Assembly (NCBI RefSeq): GCF_006345805.1
Contig: NC_043006.1
Location: 84,630,001 to 84,694,000 of the forward strand
Length of the DNA stretch: 64,000 bases
Direction of reading: 5' to 3'
Origin: Octopus sinensis
Lineage: Eukaryota
A program made the position numbers and the translations under genes. The notes beneath the pieces are model-generated. The model did not search any database, had not been told where the DNA came from, and worked only from the letters and a program-made list of their open reading frames with translations. Positions 1-12,909 of the stretch are shown one piece after another (the first letter of the stretch is position 1; each line of letters opens with the position of its first letter).

Positions 1-144
1 CGTGAGGGCTGGACAATAACAACAACAACAAAATGTATTTAATACGACCGATTTTCTCTAGAATTAGGAACCAGGCGTTGTTTGCGTGAGTATGGCACAG
101 GCATTGTGAAATAGCAGCAACATGTCGGGAAGAAGAGTTTCCAC

Positions 145-480
145 TTAGATTTTAATACAGGATCTTTCGTAAACCTCAATCTCTGGTGCTGGGGTCGGGG
201 GTGTGGTGGGGGACTTTGATATTGCTGACATCTCTTCTCTTTTACCTGCTGCAATACAATGAAGGCTGTTGTTGTTGATGTTGGTGGTGATGGTGGTGGT
301 GTTTGAGATAGTAGTGGTGATGGTGGTGGCAATGGTTGTAGTGGTGGTGGTGTTCATGGTTTTGGTGGTCGTGGCGTTGTTTACCTCCGGCGTCTGCCCA
401 AACCAAACAATTCTTTTCTTTTTGCAGCCATTTCTCCGTTCTGTTTTTTCATTTAAAATTTTTTTATTATTTTCAGCCAT
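145..480 (-). CDS. Possible terminal coding exon of an unknown host gene (Thr/Asn-rich, KKKRIVWF motif)
   Basis: 111-codon ORF in non-transposon sequence. A possible AG acceptor lies just upstream (ctcaaag/gcaatATG) and ATTAAA plus a GT-rich tract lie downstream. No recognisable domain, and part of the ORF is a (CAC/CAA) low-complexity tract. Confidence 0.25.
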   Translation of the reverse strand: MAENNKKILNEKTERRNGCKKKRIVWFGQTPEVNNATTTKTMNTTTTTTIATTITTTISNTTTITTNINNNSLHCIAAGKREEMSAISKSPTTPPTPAPEIEVYERSCIKI

Positions 481-634
481 ATTGCCTTTGAGATATAACG
501 AAGATTCGATTCATATCGAAGTCAATTTTAATATTGGATTTACAAGGGCCCAAATCAGTGGTTCCCAACAGAAGTTAATTTGATAGTTGGAGGTCCATGT
601 ACGATTGCTTTGAGATCTATCTGCCATCCGTTCA

Positions 635-778
635 GGCGTAGCTGTGTGGTAAGAAGATTGCTTCCCAACCACATGGTTCCACGTTCAGTCCCATAGCGTA
701 GGATCATCGGCAAGTGTGTTCTACTATAGGCTCAGGACGACCAAAGCCTTGTGAGTGGATTTGGTAGAAAGAAGCCCG

Positions 779-780
<2 letters not shown>
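635..780 (+). mobile_element. SINE family A, 5' fragment (tRNA-like head)
   Basis: Matches the head of the full copy at 44651 (gctgtgtggtaag...gttcagtccc...ggcaagtgt...gtgagtggatttggtag). Confidence 0.8.
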
Positions 781-818
<38 letters not shown>

Positions 819-1038
819 GTGTGTGCGTGTGTGTGTGCGTGCGTGTGTGTGTCAATAAGACCCCAATGTGTCAAGTAATGCTGAGTAAGTGCTATGGGAA
901 GTTCATCTCCAAGTTCGGTGATTATGCGAATGAGGATACAATATCCCTGCATATCTCACATCTATTTTCATTCCTCCACTTCACTCTCTATTTCATATCT
1001 TAACTAGAATAACTATTGTTTAACCATTTTCTCACGCC

Positions 1039-1086
1039 GTCTCCGATGAAGGAATATATAAAATATCCCGGAAACAGCTGTAAGGC
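1039..1086 (+). ncRNA. Hammerhead-like motif with variant core (CCGAUGA)
   Basis: gtct-CCGATGA-a-ggaatat..atatccc-g-GAAAC-agct-GTA-aggc: stem I, stem II and a palindromic stem III. Confidence 0.5.
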
Positions 1087-1111
1087 TTATTTATAAATGT
1101 TCTGAAACGAC

Positions 1112-1255
1112 CTAGGTCATTTTATCGAAAATGTTTGGCGAGCCGCTAAGTTATTTTATCGATCATGTTTGGCGAATCGCTAAGTCATTTTATAGATCTC
1201 GTGTGGCGAAACGCTAGGTCATTTTATCGACCTCGTTTGGCGAACCGCTAAGTCA
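1112..1255 (+). repeat. 34-bp minisatellite, about 4.2 copies, SINE-derived
   Basis: Units ctaggtcattttatcg..tgtttggcgaaccg resemble the SINE A segment cttattctatcggtctcttttgccgaaccgctaagtt. No spacers between units. Confidence 0.8.
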
Positions 1256-1392
1256 GCCGACGATTCTCAGCATCCACATTTTGGTCTCAATAAGACCCCA
1301 AGGTGTCAGGTAATGCTGAGTAAGTGCTATGCTAAGCTCCAGGATCGGTGATTACCTTAGGAATGAGAATCCAGGTTTGAAATTTCCCCAAG

Positions 1393-1436
1393 ACACCTGA
1401 TGAAAGCTGAAGGGTATATCAACAGAAACGTTGTGT
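1393..1436 (+). ncRNA. Minimal type-I hammerhead ribozyme motif (PLE-type)
   Basis: acac-CTGATGA-aagctga..tcaaca-GAAAC-GTT-gtgt: stem I acac/gtgt, loopless palindromic stem III, stem II partly mismatched. Confidence 0.6.
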
Positions 1437-1711
1437 TAACAACAAACAAGATGAGGACAAATATCCGTCGAATGTAAATATTATAAATAATGTACATAAT
1501 TCCTCATCTCTTAAATATAGAACTGTATAACTTAAATTGGTGCTTACGTAAAATAATGCAATGAATAATAAATTTCAAAAGAAAATCATTTATTACTTTA
1601 AAATATAATTAAAGAAACCAAATTTCACATTTGTATGCTTCCTCCTCACATAGCCACCCTGTCATTTATTTCCTCTAGTCGGTTTTTACGATCCTTTGTC
1701 TTGCGTGCGCA

Positions 1712-1764
<53 letters not shown>

Positions 1765-1784
1765 CGCCAAGCTTAGTAGGTAAA

Positions 1785-1997
1785 GGGTGTTGAAAAGTTC
1801 CTGGATTTGGGCAAAAGAAAATACAGGAGGATCAGTTAATTATGATTTTATTCAACATAATCGCATCTCAGATCCACTTATTTATTGCAGCCGTCATTCA
1901 GTTTTTCTAAGCCTTTTCAAAGAACACGGAAGGTAGGGCCTCCAGCCTGGCCCTTCGCGACACCTTTAAAGCCAGGAACTTTTCAGCAGACCGTCAT
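1785..1997. mobile_element. Tc1/mariner-type MITE
   Basis: TIRs ggtgttgaaaagttcctgg / ccaggaacttttcagcagacc. A second copy is at 16694-16897. Confidence 0.75.
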
Positions 1998-2072
1998 ATG
2001 TGTACCCTTCCTGCACCTCTACACACACCACTTTCTCGCACTCTTTCCTCTCTCTTTCCTCTCTCTCTCTCG

Positions 2073-2120
<48 letters not shown>

Positions 2121-2135
2121 TATATATATATATAA

Positions 2136-2345
2136 GCGCAGGAGTGGCTGTGTGGTAAAATGCTTGCTTTCCAACCGCATGGTTCCGGGTTCAGTCCCAC
2201 TGCATGGCACCATGGGCAAGTGTCTTCTACTATAGCTTCGGGCCGACCAAAGGCTTATGAGTGGATTTGTTAGATGGAAACTGAAAGAAGCTCGTCCTAC
2301 CTGTATGCTTGTATTTGTGTGTCTGTGCTTATCCCCCTACCATCG
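2136..2345 (+). mobile_element. SINE family A, partial
   Basis: gcgcaggagtggctgtgtggtaa head with an internal B-box-like gttcagtccc. Confidence 0.85.
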
Positions 2346-2347
2346 CT

Positions 2348-2431
<84 letters not shown>

Positions 2432-2571
2432 ATATATATATATAAGAGAGAGAGAGACAGACAGACAGATAGATTGATGGATATTGTGTGACTATATTTA
2501 CATAATATATACACACACACATAGATATATATATATATACACATATACATACATAAATACATACGCACGCA

Positions 2572-2611
<40 letters not shown>

Positions 2612-2621
2612 TATATATATG

Positions 2622-2664
<43 letters not shown>

Positions 2665-2995
2665 TGAGAGAGAGAGAGGGAGATTTATGGTATGTGTGTG
2701 GTTCAAAACAAGTTGCCGTCGCCGCATGACCTCAGTGACATGTTTAGTGATAAGAAACATCTCAACCGAATGTAAAATAATGTGATCACCACATTCTCAG
2801 AGCAGAGACAAAGATTGATTCTCTAGCGCAAGACATTGACATCTCACACATAAAGAAACAAGCGAAATAAGTTGTATTCAACCATTTCCAAAGGAAAATC
2901 CAGACATTTTATAGCTTTGTGTATAAATAGAAAAAGAAATGATAATCGTTATCGTCTGTCTTATTTTCTTTGTAATTATTACTATCTATGAAAAG

Positions 2996-3972
2996 TGGCG
3001 GGCTGGCTGAATCGTTACAGCGCTTGGCTAGATGCTTAACGGCATTTCGTCCGTCTTTACGTTCAGAGTTCAAATTCCGCCGAGGTCGACTTTGCCTTTC
3101 ATCCCATTCAGGCATGTAATCGATTTACTCTCTCGTCAAAATTTCAGACCTTGTGTCAGTTAGTGGACAGGATTATTGCTATCTATCAGAGACGGCGAGC
3201 TGACAAAATCTTTAGCACGCAGAACAAAATGCTTAACGGCATTTCGTCCGTCTTTACGTTCTGAGTTCAAATTCCGCCGAGGTCGACTTTGCCTTTCATC
3301 CTTTCGGGGTCGATTAAATAAGTACCAGTTACGCACTGGAGTCGATGTAATCGACTTAATCCGTTTGTCTGTCCTTGTTTGTCGTCTCAGTGTTTAGCCC
3401 CCTGTGGGTAGTAAAGAAACTCACAACGTGAAGACGGACGAAATACCGCCAAGCATTTTGTCCTCCGTCCGAACAGCTCAGCCAGCTCACCGCCTTATCT
3501 ATAGATAATGGATTAAAATTTTGACACGAGTCTAGCAACTTTGGGGAAGAGGGTAAGTCGATTACTTCGGCCCTAGTGCTCAACTGGTATTTATTTTATC
3601 GATCCCGAAAAGACGAAAAGGAAAGTCGACCTCAGCAAAATTTGAACTCACGATGTAAAGACGGACGAAATGCCGCTAAGCATTTTATCTGGCATGCAAA
3701 CGATTCTTCCAGTTTTCTGCCTTGCCTTATCTATAGATAATAAAAGTTTTGAAGACGGCGAGCTGGCAGAAGCGTTAGCGCACCGGGCGAAATGCTTAGC
3801 AGTATTTTGTCTGCCGTTACGTTCTGAGTTCAAATTCCGCCGAAGTTGACTTTGCCTTTCGGGGTCGATAAATTAAGTACCCGTTACGCACTGGGGTCGA
3901 TGTAATCGACTTAATCCGTTTGTCTGTCCTTGTTTGTCCCGTCTGTGTTGAGCTCCTTGTGGGCAATAAAGA
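2996..3972. mobile_element. Cluster of SINE family B copies (mixed orientation)
   Basis: Repeated ggcgagctggcagaa..gttcaaattcc..gcctttcatcctttcggggtcgataaattaagtaccag at ~2996 (+), ~3192 (+), ~3420-3730 (-) and 3754-3972 (+). Confidence 0.85.
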
Positions 3973-4289
3973 TATATATATATATATATACTAGCAGAGA
4001 TACCCGGCGTTGCCCGTGTTACATACAATTGAAGAATTAGACTTTTCTGTTATATTTTCTCTAATGAACTGGAATATCTATGTTTCGAATTTCATCAAAA
4101 TTGCAAATGAGGGTCATTTCCCTCTTTACAGACCCCCAAAAAATTGTAATCGTGCCACATATATCCCATATTACTGATTTTTATGCGCATATTCCAAAAT
4201 TCCAGTTTTATTGAACCTGTTAAAAAGATTTTACTCCTGAAAAATGAATGTCATAGAGCTCTAAAATGTGAGAGTTAAGGCCCTTGTTG

Positions 4290-4898
4290 GGGGTGGGCAT
4301 CTTAATATCAACCACAGAAGTTGAATTGTGGAGAATCTTTTTTACTTGGGTCTTATATCTATTGTTTGAATTTCTTTGAAATGTTCACAGTGTTTGTAAA
4401 AGAGAGCAAAGCTACAGGAAACAAAAGACGAATGATCACAATAAGCAGTCAGCTACAGTGCCCTAGACGTTACCACTCCCAATGTAGGATTCCTCACCAT
4501 CCAGGTGACAGGCATAGCAGTAGGATGCATTACGAATCTATAGCAATTGGAAGGGCGTGACCCAACTGAAATAAACATTAACAACTGTGTGACGTGAGGG
4601 CTAAGGAGAAATGAAAGTTGGAGTTTGCCAAATGACCACCGGTAGCGGTTAGCGGTGGACAGTCGACCCAACGTCGCTGAGAGCGAGCTCGGGCGCCGTA
4701 GCGTCGACTGTGGGCCGGTAGCGGTGGACAGTCGACCAACGTCGCGCAGAGCGTTGCCCATAACACTCCATGGACTCTAAGTAAGGCATGTGCAAAATTG
4801 AATGAAATGGTTGTGTGTAGTTCTCAAGTTTTAGGGATTCACACAAGCAGACAGACACACATTCTCAGTGTTATTATAAAGATATATGTATGTATGTA

Positions 4899-4967
<69 letters not shown>

Positions 4968-5643
4968 ATATAATATATGCACATACATACATGGATCTCT
5001 AAAATTTGGGGGTGGGCGTCTTAATGTCAACCAGAGAAGTTGAATTGTTGAGAATCTTTTTTACTCGGGTCTTATATCTGTTGTTTGAATTTCTTTGAAA
5101 TAGGAAATATATGTTCACTGGGTTTGTAAAAGAGAGCAAAGCTACAGGAAACCAAAAGACGAATGATCACAATAAGCAGTCAGCTACAGTGCCCTAGACG
5201 TTACCACTCCGAATGTAGTATTCGTCATCATCCAGGTGACAGGCACAGCAGTAAGATGCATTACGAATCTATAGCAATTGGAAGGACGTGACCCAACTGA
5301 AATAAACATTAACAACTGTGTGACGTGAGGGCTAAGGAGAAATGAAAGTTGGAGTTTGCAAATGACCACCGGTAGCGGTAGCGGTGGACAGTCGACCCAA
5401 CGTCGCTGAGTGCGAGCTCTGGGCGCCGTAGCGTCGACTGTGGGCCGGTAGCGGTGGACAGTCGACCCAACGTCGCGCAGAGCGTTGCCCATAACACTCC
5501 ATGGACTCTAAGTAAGGCATGTGCAAAATTTGAATGAAATTGGTTGTGTAGTTCTCAAGTTTTAGGGATTCACACAAGCAGACAGACACACATTCTCAGT
5601 GTTATATATATAGATATATGTATGTATGTATGTATATTTATAT

Positions 5644-5689
<46 letters not shown>

Positions 5690-6087
5690 TATATATGCAC
5701 ATACATACATGGATCTCTAAAATTTGGGGGTGGGCGTCTTAATGTCAACCAGAGAAGTTGAATTGTTGAGAATCTTTTTTACTCGGGTCTTATATCTGTT
5801 GTTGAATTTCTTTGAAATAGGAAAATATGTTCACTGTGTTTGTAAAAGAGAGCAAAGCTACAGGAAACAAAAAGACGAATGATCACAATAAGCAGTCAGC
5901 TACAGTGCCCTAGACGTTACCACTCCGAATGTAGTATTCGTCATCATCCAGGTGACAGGCACAGCAGTAAGATGCATTACGAATCTATAGCAATTGGAAG
6001 GGCGTGACCCAACTGAAATAAACATTTACAACTGTGTGACGTGAGGGCTAAGGAGAAATGAAAGTTGCAGTTTGCAAATGACCACTA
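4290..6087. repeat. ~718-bp tandem repeat (2.5 copies)
   Basis: gtgggc(a/g)tcttaat(a/g)tcaacc recurs at ~4293, ~5011 and ~5730, with near-identical downstream sequence. Confidence 0.9.
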
Positions 6088-7179
6088 TACTGATATGTAA
6101 CTGGACAGAATAAATTTACAATCTATAAATGTCTTTGAATAACCAGTCACTCATCTGGGAAGGCCTTGAAATTAATGTTACCATGTGGGGACTATGTGTG
6201 ACCGAGTGATAATAAAAAGACTGAAAGTAGATCTGCAATCAAATAACTTTACTCAACACTTTGCAACTGAATCAGTGGAGGCAAAGATGCCTCTCATTTA
6301 CTTGACAAGTTATGCACCACATTGCAGAAATCATAATCTAAGTGTATGTCAAAGCAAACTCTTACATTGTTGTACCATTGAATTACAAATAATGCGCATC
6401 TCCTATGCTCGGATGACCCCACAGCTTCCAAGAGTACAACTATTCGTCTTTGCTTAGATATAATGACAAAATTATGGGTGTTAAGTCCCCATGGTGGGTT
6501 CTTTATAACTTGTAAGAAGATGAAATTTTATAAATATTACTTTATTTGTATCTAATATCTATGGTTAAAATTTCATCAACAGCAAAAATATATGCATGGT
6601 TATGGGGGTTGTGGCCCTTATGCATAGAATATAATTTCCAAATTTCGTAAAGATCCATTCAGTACTTTTGACTTAGTTTTGGGTCATAAAAGAAATGTCT
6701 AAAATTTGGGAGTTTTAGAATCCCCATGTGAAGTTGAAACTTTGAGAATACTTATTGATATGGTTGAAATTTCATCATCATCGAAAATTTATGAATTTCC
6801 TTGGGGGTTCCTTTAAGCCATCTGAAATTCAAACCAAACATATTGCATTATACCCGCCCTTATTCATTGAATCTAAGTTTTAAATACCATAAGGATCCAT
6901 TCAGTAATTTTGGTCCATGACGTATGAAACACAGCATTACCCTTCTCCCTATGCTTGGATTTTGTGTTCCAAATTTCATTATGATCGGTGCAACAATTTT
7001 CGAATGTATAAGTAATACACGAACACATAAATACATTGTCTTTGATATAATAAATATGAATGTACACATATACATACATGTATATTATATATATATATAT
7101 ATATATGCGTACGTGCGTGTGTGTGTGTATTATATATATATACATATGTATATACATATATAAATACACACACACAAAG

Positions 7180-7434
7180 ATAAATTGATAGATACAACTG
7201 AGTGGGCAAACAAAAATATGAGACACAGCGTAGTGGGTTTTTTTATGTTGATAAGCCTGGTACTTATTCTATTAGTTTCTTCTTTTTGAAACCAGTAAGT
7301 TATGGGGATGTAAATAAACGAAGAGCAGTTGTGAAGCAGTGATGAGAGTGAAACACAGAAACAAAGTCACACACATACACTTAAATATATACATACATAT
7401 ATATACGATTGATTTCTTTAAGTTTCTGTCTACG

Positions 7435-7481
<47 letters not shown>

Positions 7482-7501
7482 AGTATGTATGTGTGTGTAT
7501 G

Positions 7502-7539
<38 letters not shown>

Positions 7540-7925
7540 ACACACACACCCACAAAGATAGATTGTGCGGGCAAACAAAAATATGAGATACTGCCTAGTG
7601 TTTCTTTTTATTTTGATAAGCCTAGTACTTATTCTATCAGTTTCTTCTTGTGAAACCAGTAAGTTATGGGGATGTAAATAAACGAACACCAGTTGTGAGG
7701 TAGTGATTTGGGAGAAACACAAAGACACACACACAGACTTACATATATACATATATATACGACTGATTTCTTTCAGTTTCTGTCTACAAAATCCACTGAC
7801 AAGGCTTTGGTTGGTCTGAGGCTATAGCAGAAGACACATGCCAAGTCACGACACAGTGGGACTGAACTGAGGACCATGTGTTTTGGGAACGAAGTTTGTT
7901 ACCACACAGCTACACCTGCACCTGT
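7180..7925 (-). mobile_element. Degenerate SINE family A fragments, locally duplicated
   Basis: tacttattctat..taagttatggggatgtaaa occurs twice (~7260 and ~7625). The reverse head ..ccacacagctacacctgcacc is at ~7920. Confidence 0.7.
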
Positions 7926-9429
7926 GTGTGTGTATGTGTGTATGGGTGTATATATGTATGCATGTATATATGTGAATATATATGTATACATCTATATATA
8001 CATATACACATCTACTCATATACATGTAAACATATACATCTTTATGTATAGAAATAAATATATATATATACAGCTATACACACATACACAGCTATACACA
8101 CATATACATAGGTGCAGGTGTGGCTGTGTGGTAACAAACTTCGTTCCAAAACACATGGTTCTGGGTTTAAATTTAAATTTAAAATAATAAGGGCGAGAAA
8201 TTGAATATTAATTTGATTGATATGAATTGTAAACCAGTGGTGTAGCATACAAGACCATAGCGGATCTTCTTCTAGCAAAGTGGATGTCCACTGTTAATGG
8301 TTCATCCCTCTTATATAACAGTTTGACTTTAATAGTTTCAGTATTAAAGTGAAAGTATCTGACATTACAATAGAGAGATGTTTTTGTTTCACTTTTAACA
8401 CGTAATACTGAAATAGTGGAGAAGATATATTGTTGTAGGCTCGTCCTAGGCAAGAAGTTAGAAGTTTTTTTGCCCATGGCACTACATGGACCCTAAGTAA
8501 GGCATGTGTAAAGTTTGAATGAAATTGGTTGTGTAGTTCTCAAGTTTTAGGGAAACACACAGACAGACAGACAGACACACATTCTCAGTTATATATATAT
8601 ATGTGTATATATATATATATACACATACAGTGTGTGTTTGTCTGATTCTATTGTAGACAGTGGAATAAAATCCATTACAGATACTTATAGATTATTCAAC
8701 CGATTCAGTTGCAGAAAACAAGACTCCGTTGTATATGACTTAACTGACTCCATAGTAGCTATCACTACTATTTCATCTATCGTCTTCTGATGGACGGTAG
8801 ATGATGTGATTTGAACTTGTAACACTAGAGAGAAAGAGACAGTCAGTTGAAATTAAATATAGCGAATCACTTTCGTCGCACTCTCAAAAATTGCCTACCA
8901 ATTCTTCGTTTTCTCTATTGGTCATTGGATATTGATTAAATTATTAATCATTATTCGTTAAGCTTTAAGCGTTGTAAAACATCTGCTATTTTAAGATTCA
9001 CAGGGGGAGCTTTGACTGGAAAATCTCATTCAAGATAACATGGTAATTATAGGTTGGTCGATGTATTTGTCACACAGAAGAGACGATGCACACAAAACAC
9101 ATGATTATGTATGTGTGTGTGTATGTATGTATGGATGGATGGATGCATGTATTTATGTATGTATGCATGCATGTATTGCAGTATATATATGTATGCATGT
9201 ACGCATACATACGTATATATATATATATACATATATACGTATGTATGTATATACGTATGTACGCATACATGTATGTATGGATGTATATATGTATGTGTGC
9301 GTATGTATATATATACGTATGTACGCATGCATGTTTGTATGAATGTATATATGTATGTGTATGTATGCATGCATGCATGCATGTATGTAGTATGTAGTAT
9401 GTATGTATGTATGTATGTATGTATGTATG

Positions 9430-9460
<31 letters not shown>

Positions 9461-9981
9461 GCAACAATTGCAAAAGCGACTACAATAGAATCGAGAGCAA
9501 CAACACCAACAACAGCAATTGCAACAATACTACCACCGTCACCACCACCACTACCACCACCACCACTACCATCATCAACAACAACAATAGCAAAAACGGA
9601 AACATCAACAACGGAAATCAAAGCAACAACAACAACAACATGGACAAAAATTGTTTATGATACAAATTTGACATCCTGATTTCGACGCCATTTTGTCTTT
9701 ATATATGAGTTGCTTTACGACTTGTCTACATTAGATTCTGCGATATTGTGGTGCTTCTGACAGGCTATTAAAATCTTAATTACTAGTTACTACTAATTAT
9801 TAGTTCTTGGTTATTAGTAGATTCTAATTCAATTTAATCGATTTTAATATTAAAGCTGTTAACTATATCTCATATCCGAAAACAAAACCGCTCCCCGACT
9901 CTCTGAAGTTAAGGGGATTATATGGAAGTAGAATCAGTGTACACACACACACACCTAGACACACACACACAAACACACCTA

Positions 9982-10058
<77 letters not shown>

Positions 10059-10829
10059 GTATATGTGTGTGTATATATGTATATATATAATTTTAATAGT
10101 TTTATAGCAACAAACACATGCACTCATGCACAAGCAGGTACACACACAAACACAAACGCGCGCGCGCGCGCACACACACACACACGCACACACACGCACA
10201 CATATATAGATAAGCATAGTAAAAGAATAAAATAATAAACAACACAAACAAAGACATGTGTATGTATGTGTGTGTGTATATGCATGTTTACACACGCTAA
10301 TATATATATACGTATATATGCATACACGCAGACGCACACACACACATACACGTGTAGTAAACAGACGAAAGAATGAAGATTGTGTACTACATATCTAAGA
10401 CATGTATACACATATATACACATGTGTGCGTGTATCTATATTTGCATGTGTGTATATATGTATCTACAGTTATACATACATACCTACCTACAGGCCGACC
10501 TGCCTACATACATACATACATACATACATACATACATACATACATACATACATACATACATACATACATTCGCACACATGACCACATCTCCGTGCGTGAG
10601 TTTCAAGAGCCTGCATGGTATGAGAAAGAATAAACGAAAGACAGAGTACACGCCTGTATATGAAATGCAATCTAATGAATTGCCTAATTAAAAGATAATG
10701 GCGCCTCCAAGATGATTTTAATATATTCAATAATAAAAATTGATATCTCACACGACCTTCTCTTCTAGATGATGATGAAATTCTTGCCCTAGGTTTCAAG
10801 ACATTTTACAATTCCTAACCATTAATCAC

Positions 10830-10902
<73 letters not shown>

Positions 10903-10929
10903 TAATCAGTTTTTTTCGTCTTTAAATGG

Positions 10930-11520
10930 CGACTAAATTATTATCTCGTTAATAAGAAACGATTCTTAAATAGTTTTATTTCGTTTATGATGACTTTAGC
11001 CAGTTTGGTTGGGCAGGGTGGAGTAGAAGAGATTTTAACCAGTATCAGCTTTATGAGGCTGAGCCCGCAATCGATTTTCGATTATTGTAACGTTTGTGGC
11101 TTTATAGTATCGCCAATGATAATTAGTAAAGATCTATCACTGTTTCTATTTAGATCTTATTTTTAGAGTTGTGGTTTAGAAATCGTTTTAGAGCATATTC
11201 AAATATTCAAATATTTCGTGTAATTTGAGTTTGAGGTAAAAAGAAATATATATATATATATATATAACCAGAAAAGTCCATGTATAATACGCTATCAAGT
11301 ATAAGACGCATTTTGACTTTTAATACCATGCAACACAGTGTTATATAACTGTTACAAACGTAGATAATCTGAAATAAACCTTTTCTTTCGTCTCTAATCT
11401 TTTGTAGCTAATAAACGGTAGTATTCGTCCTATATTTCTGGACGGCCATATTAGCTTGGCGATAACTATTATTATCCGGTACCGCTGCTGTTGTCTCCTT
11501 TAGGAAGACTTAGAAATATT
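10930..11520 (-). mobile_element. Possible highly decayed Penelope-like fragment
   Basis: Minus-strand translation gives F.NH..KI.NRN..IGDTIK-like remnants resembling the PLE RT-EN linker. Many stops and frameshifts. Confidence 0.3.
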
Positions 11521-11528
11521 AAAATTTC

Positions 11529-11572
<44 letters not shown>

Positions 11573-11579
11573 TTGTTTC

Positions 11580-12050
11580 AAATTTTTGCACAAGATACCA
11601 ATTTTAAAGTGGGGTGTGTAGTCGATTACATTGACCGCAAAACCTGACTGGTACTTATTTTATCGACCCCAAAAAGATGAAAGGCAAAGTCGACATCGGT
11701 GAGACTTGAACTGAGAATGTAAAGAGCTGGAAGAAATGCCGCGAGGAATTTATCGGGCGCGATGAAAATTCTCCTAGTTTAACGCCTTAATAACAACTAG
11801 CAGAATAACAACAACAACAATAATAATAATAATAATCCTTTGTACTGGAGACACAAGGCCTCAAATTTGGCGGGAGGGGACTAGTCGATTACATCGACCG
11901 CAGTTTTTCACTCGTACTTAACTTATCGGCCCTGAAAGGATGAAAGGCAAACTCGACCTCAGCGGAATTTGAACTCAGAACGTAACAACGGACGAAATAC
12001 CCCTAAGCATTTCGTCCAGCATGCTAACGATTCTGCCAGCTCGTCGCCAT
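11580..12050 (-). mobile_element. Two SINE family B copies
   Basis: Reverse complement of the SINE B core (gatgaaaggcaaagtcgac..gaatttgaactcag) appears twice. Confidence 0.8.
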
Positions 12051-12909
12051 AATAATAATAATAACAATGATCTGAAAATGCATTATTGTATTTTTCTTAC
12101 ATTCGGTGGAGAAACTTTGCTGGTTTAGTTTAAATATCTTTAATAAAAACTTTTACCAAACATAGTTTTTCATTTAATTATAAAAAGTAAAAAGCTAGTA
12201 TCTCACTATGAAAATACGCATGGCTACTAAAAAATTCTAAGGTAAATTTTAAAATTTAGTAGATAATTCTGTCAAAGGCGATACCATACAAAGTTGAAAT
12301 ATAACCATGCCAACTTTGCACATAAGAAAAGTATGAAATACTATTTTGTAATGAACAATTACTAAATACAAATTCAAAACTCATTTCCTATTTGCAGGAA
12401 ACTCATGGATCATTTCGATATCTTAAACCCATAGACTTCCCGAATGTTTCAACCTGTGTAACTAGATATAATTGGTATCATCTTCTGAGATCCAAAAGTT
12501 TTTCTTTTAATCTGTTTCTTTAAACAAATATAACAGACAAGTAGCGTTCCGTTATTTTTTGTTTGCCATTAGTGACCTATACTCAAAGTATTAATTAAAC
12601 AGCAAAGAAATATACTTATGGTATATACTAACTGCACGCTCTTCCCCCCTTTTGTCAACCCTTTACCATTTCCCAGTTTATTTATTTAAGTTTTCTTTTA
12701 ATGTTTAAAACTTATTTCAATAATTTCTCTGTTGCCCTTTCATGATTCATTACTTTATAATTTATAAGTTTCGACCTTTTAAAAGTTATTTAAAGATACA
12801 ATGGGTCATGACACGTAATGGTGGAAGGCTAGTTTGTTTGCTTCAGTTCTAGTTTCATATGAAAAAGATTACAATTCTGAAAGCAATTTTTTCAATAATT
12901 TCATATATG

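Larger units (their letters stand above)
3991..8600 (-). mobile_element. Helitron-like non-autonomous element(s) with internal tandem duplication and nested SINE fragments
   Basis: Minus-strand 3' end is a GC hairpin (4003-4018) followed by CTAG|T at 3991. Minus-strand 5' ends A|TC(T)..ACTGAGAATGTGTGTCTGTCTG occur at 4882 and 5614, with a similar end at ~8590. No TSD. Confidence 0.65.

Noticed and set aside
1112-1255. 34-bp repeats as a CRISPR array
   Set aside because: The units are contiguous with no unique spacers, there are no cas genes, and the context is eukaryotic.
6185-6457. Captured gene fragment within the Helitron
   Set aside because: Complex sequence, but no recognisable protein motif in the frames read; it cannot be supported without a database search.
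9403-9660. Asn/Thr-rich ORF as a host exon
   Set aside because: It is built from a (TATG)n run plus decayed CAA/CAC triplets, with no convincing splice sites or domain.
12398-12523. Possible exon after tttgcag acceptor (ETHGSFRYLKP...)
   Set aside because: Short, no recognisable homology, and no supporting neighbouring exons.
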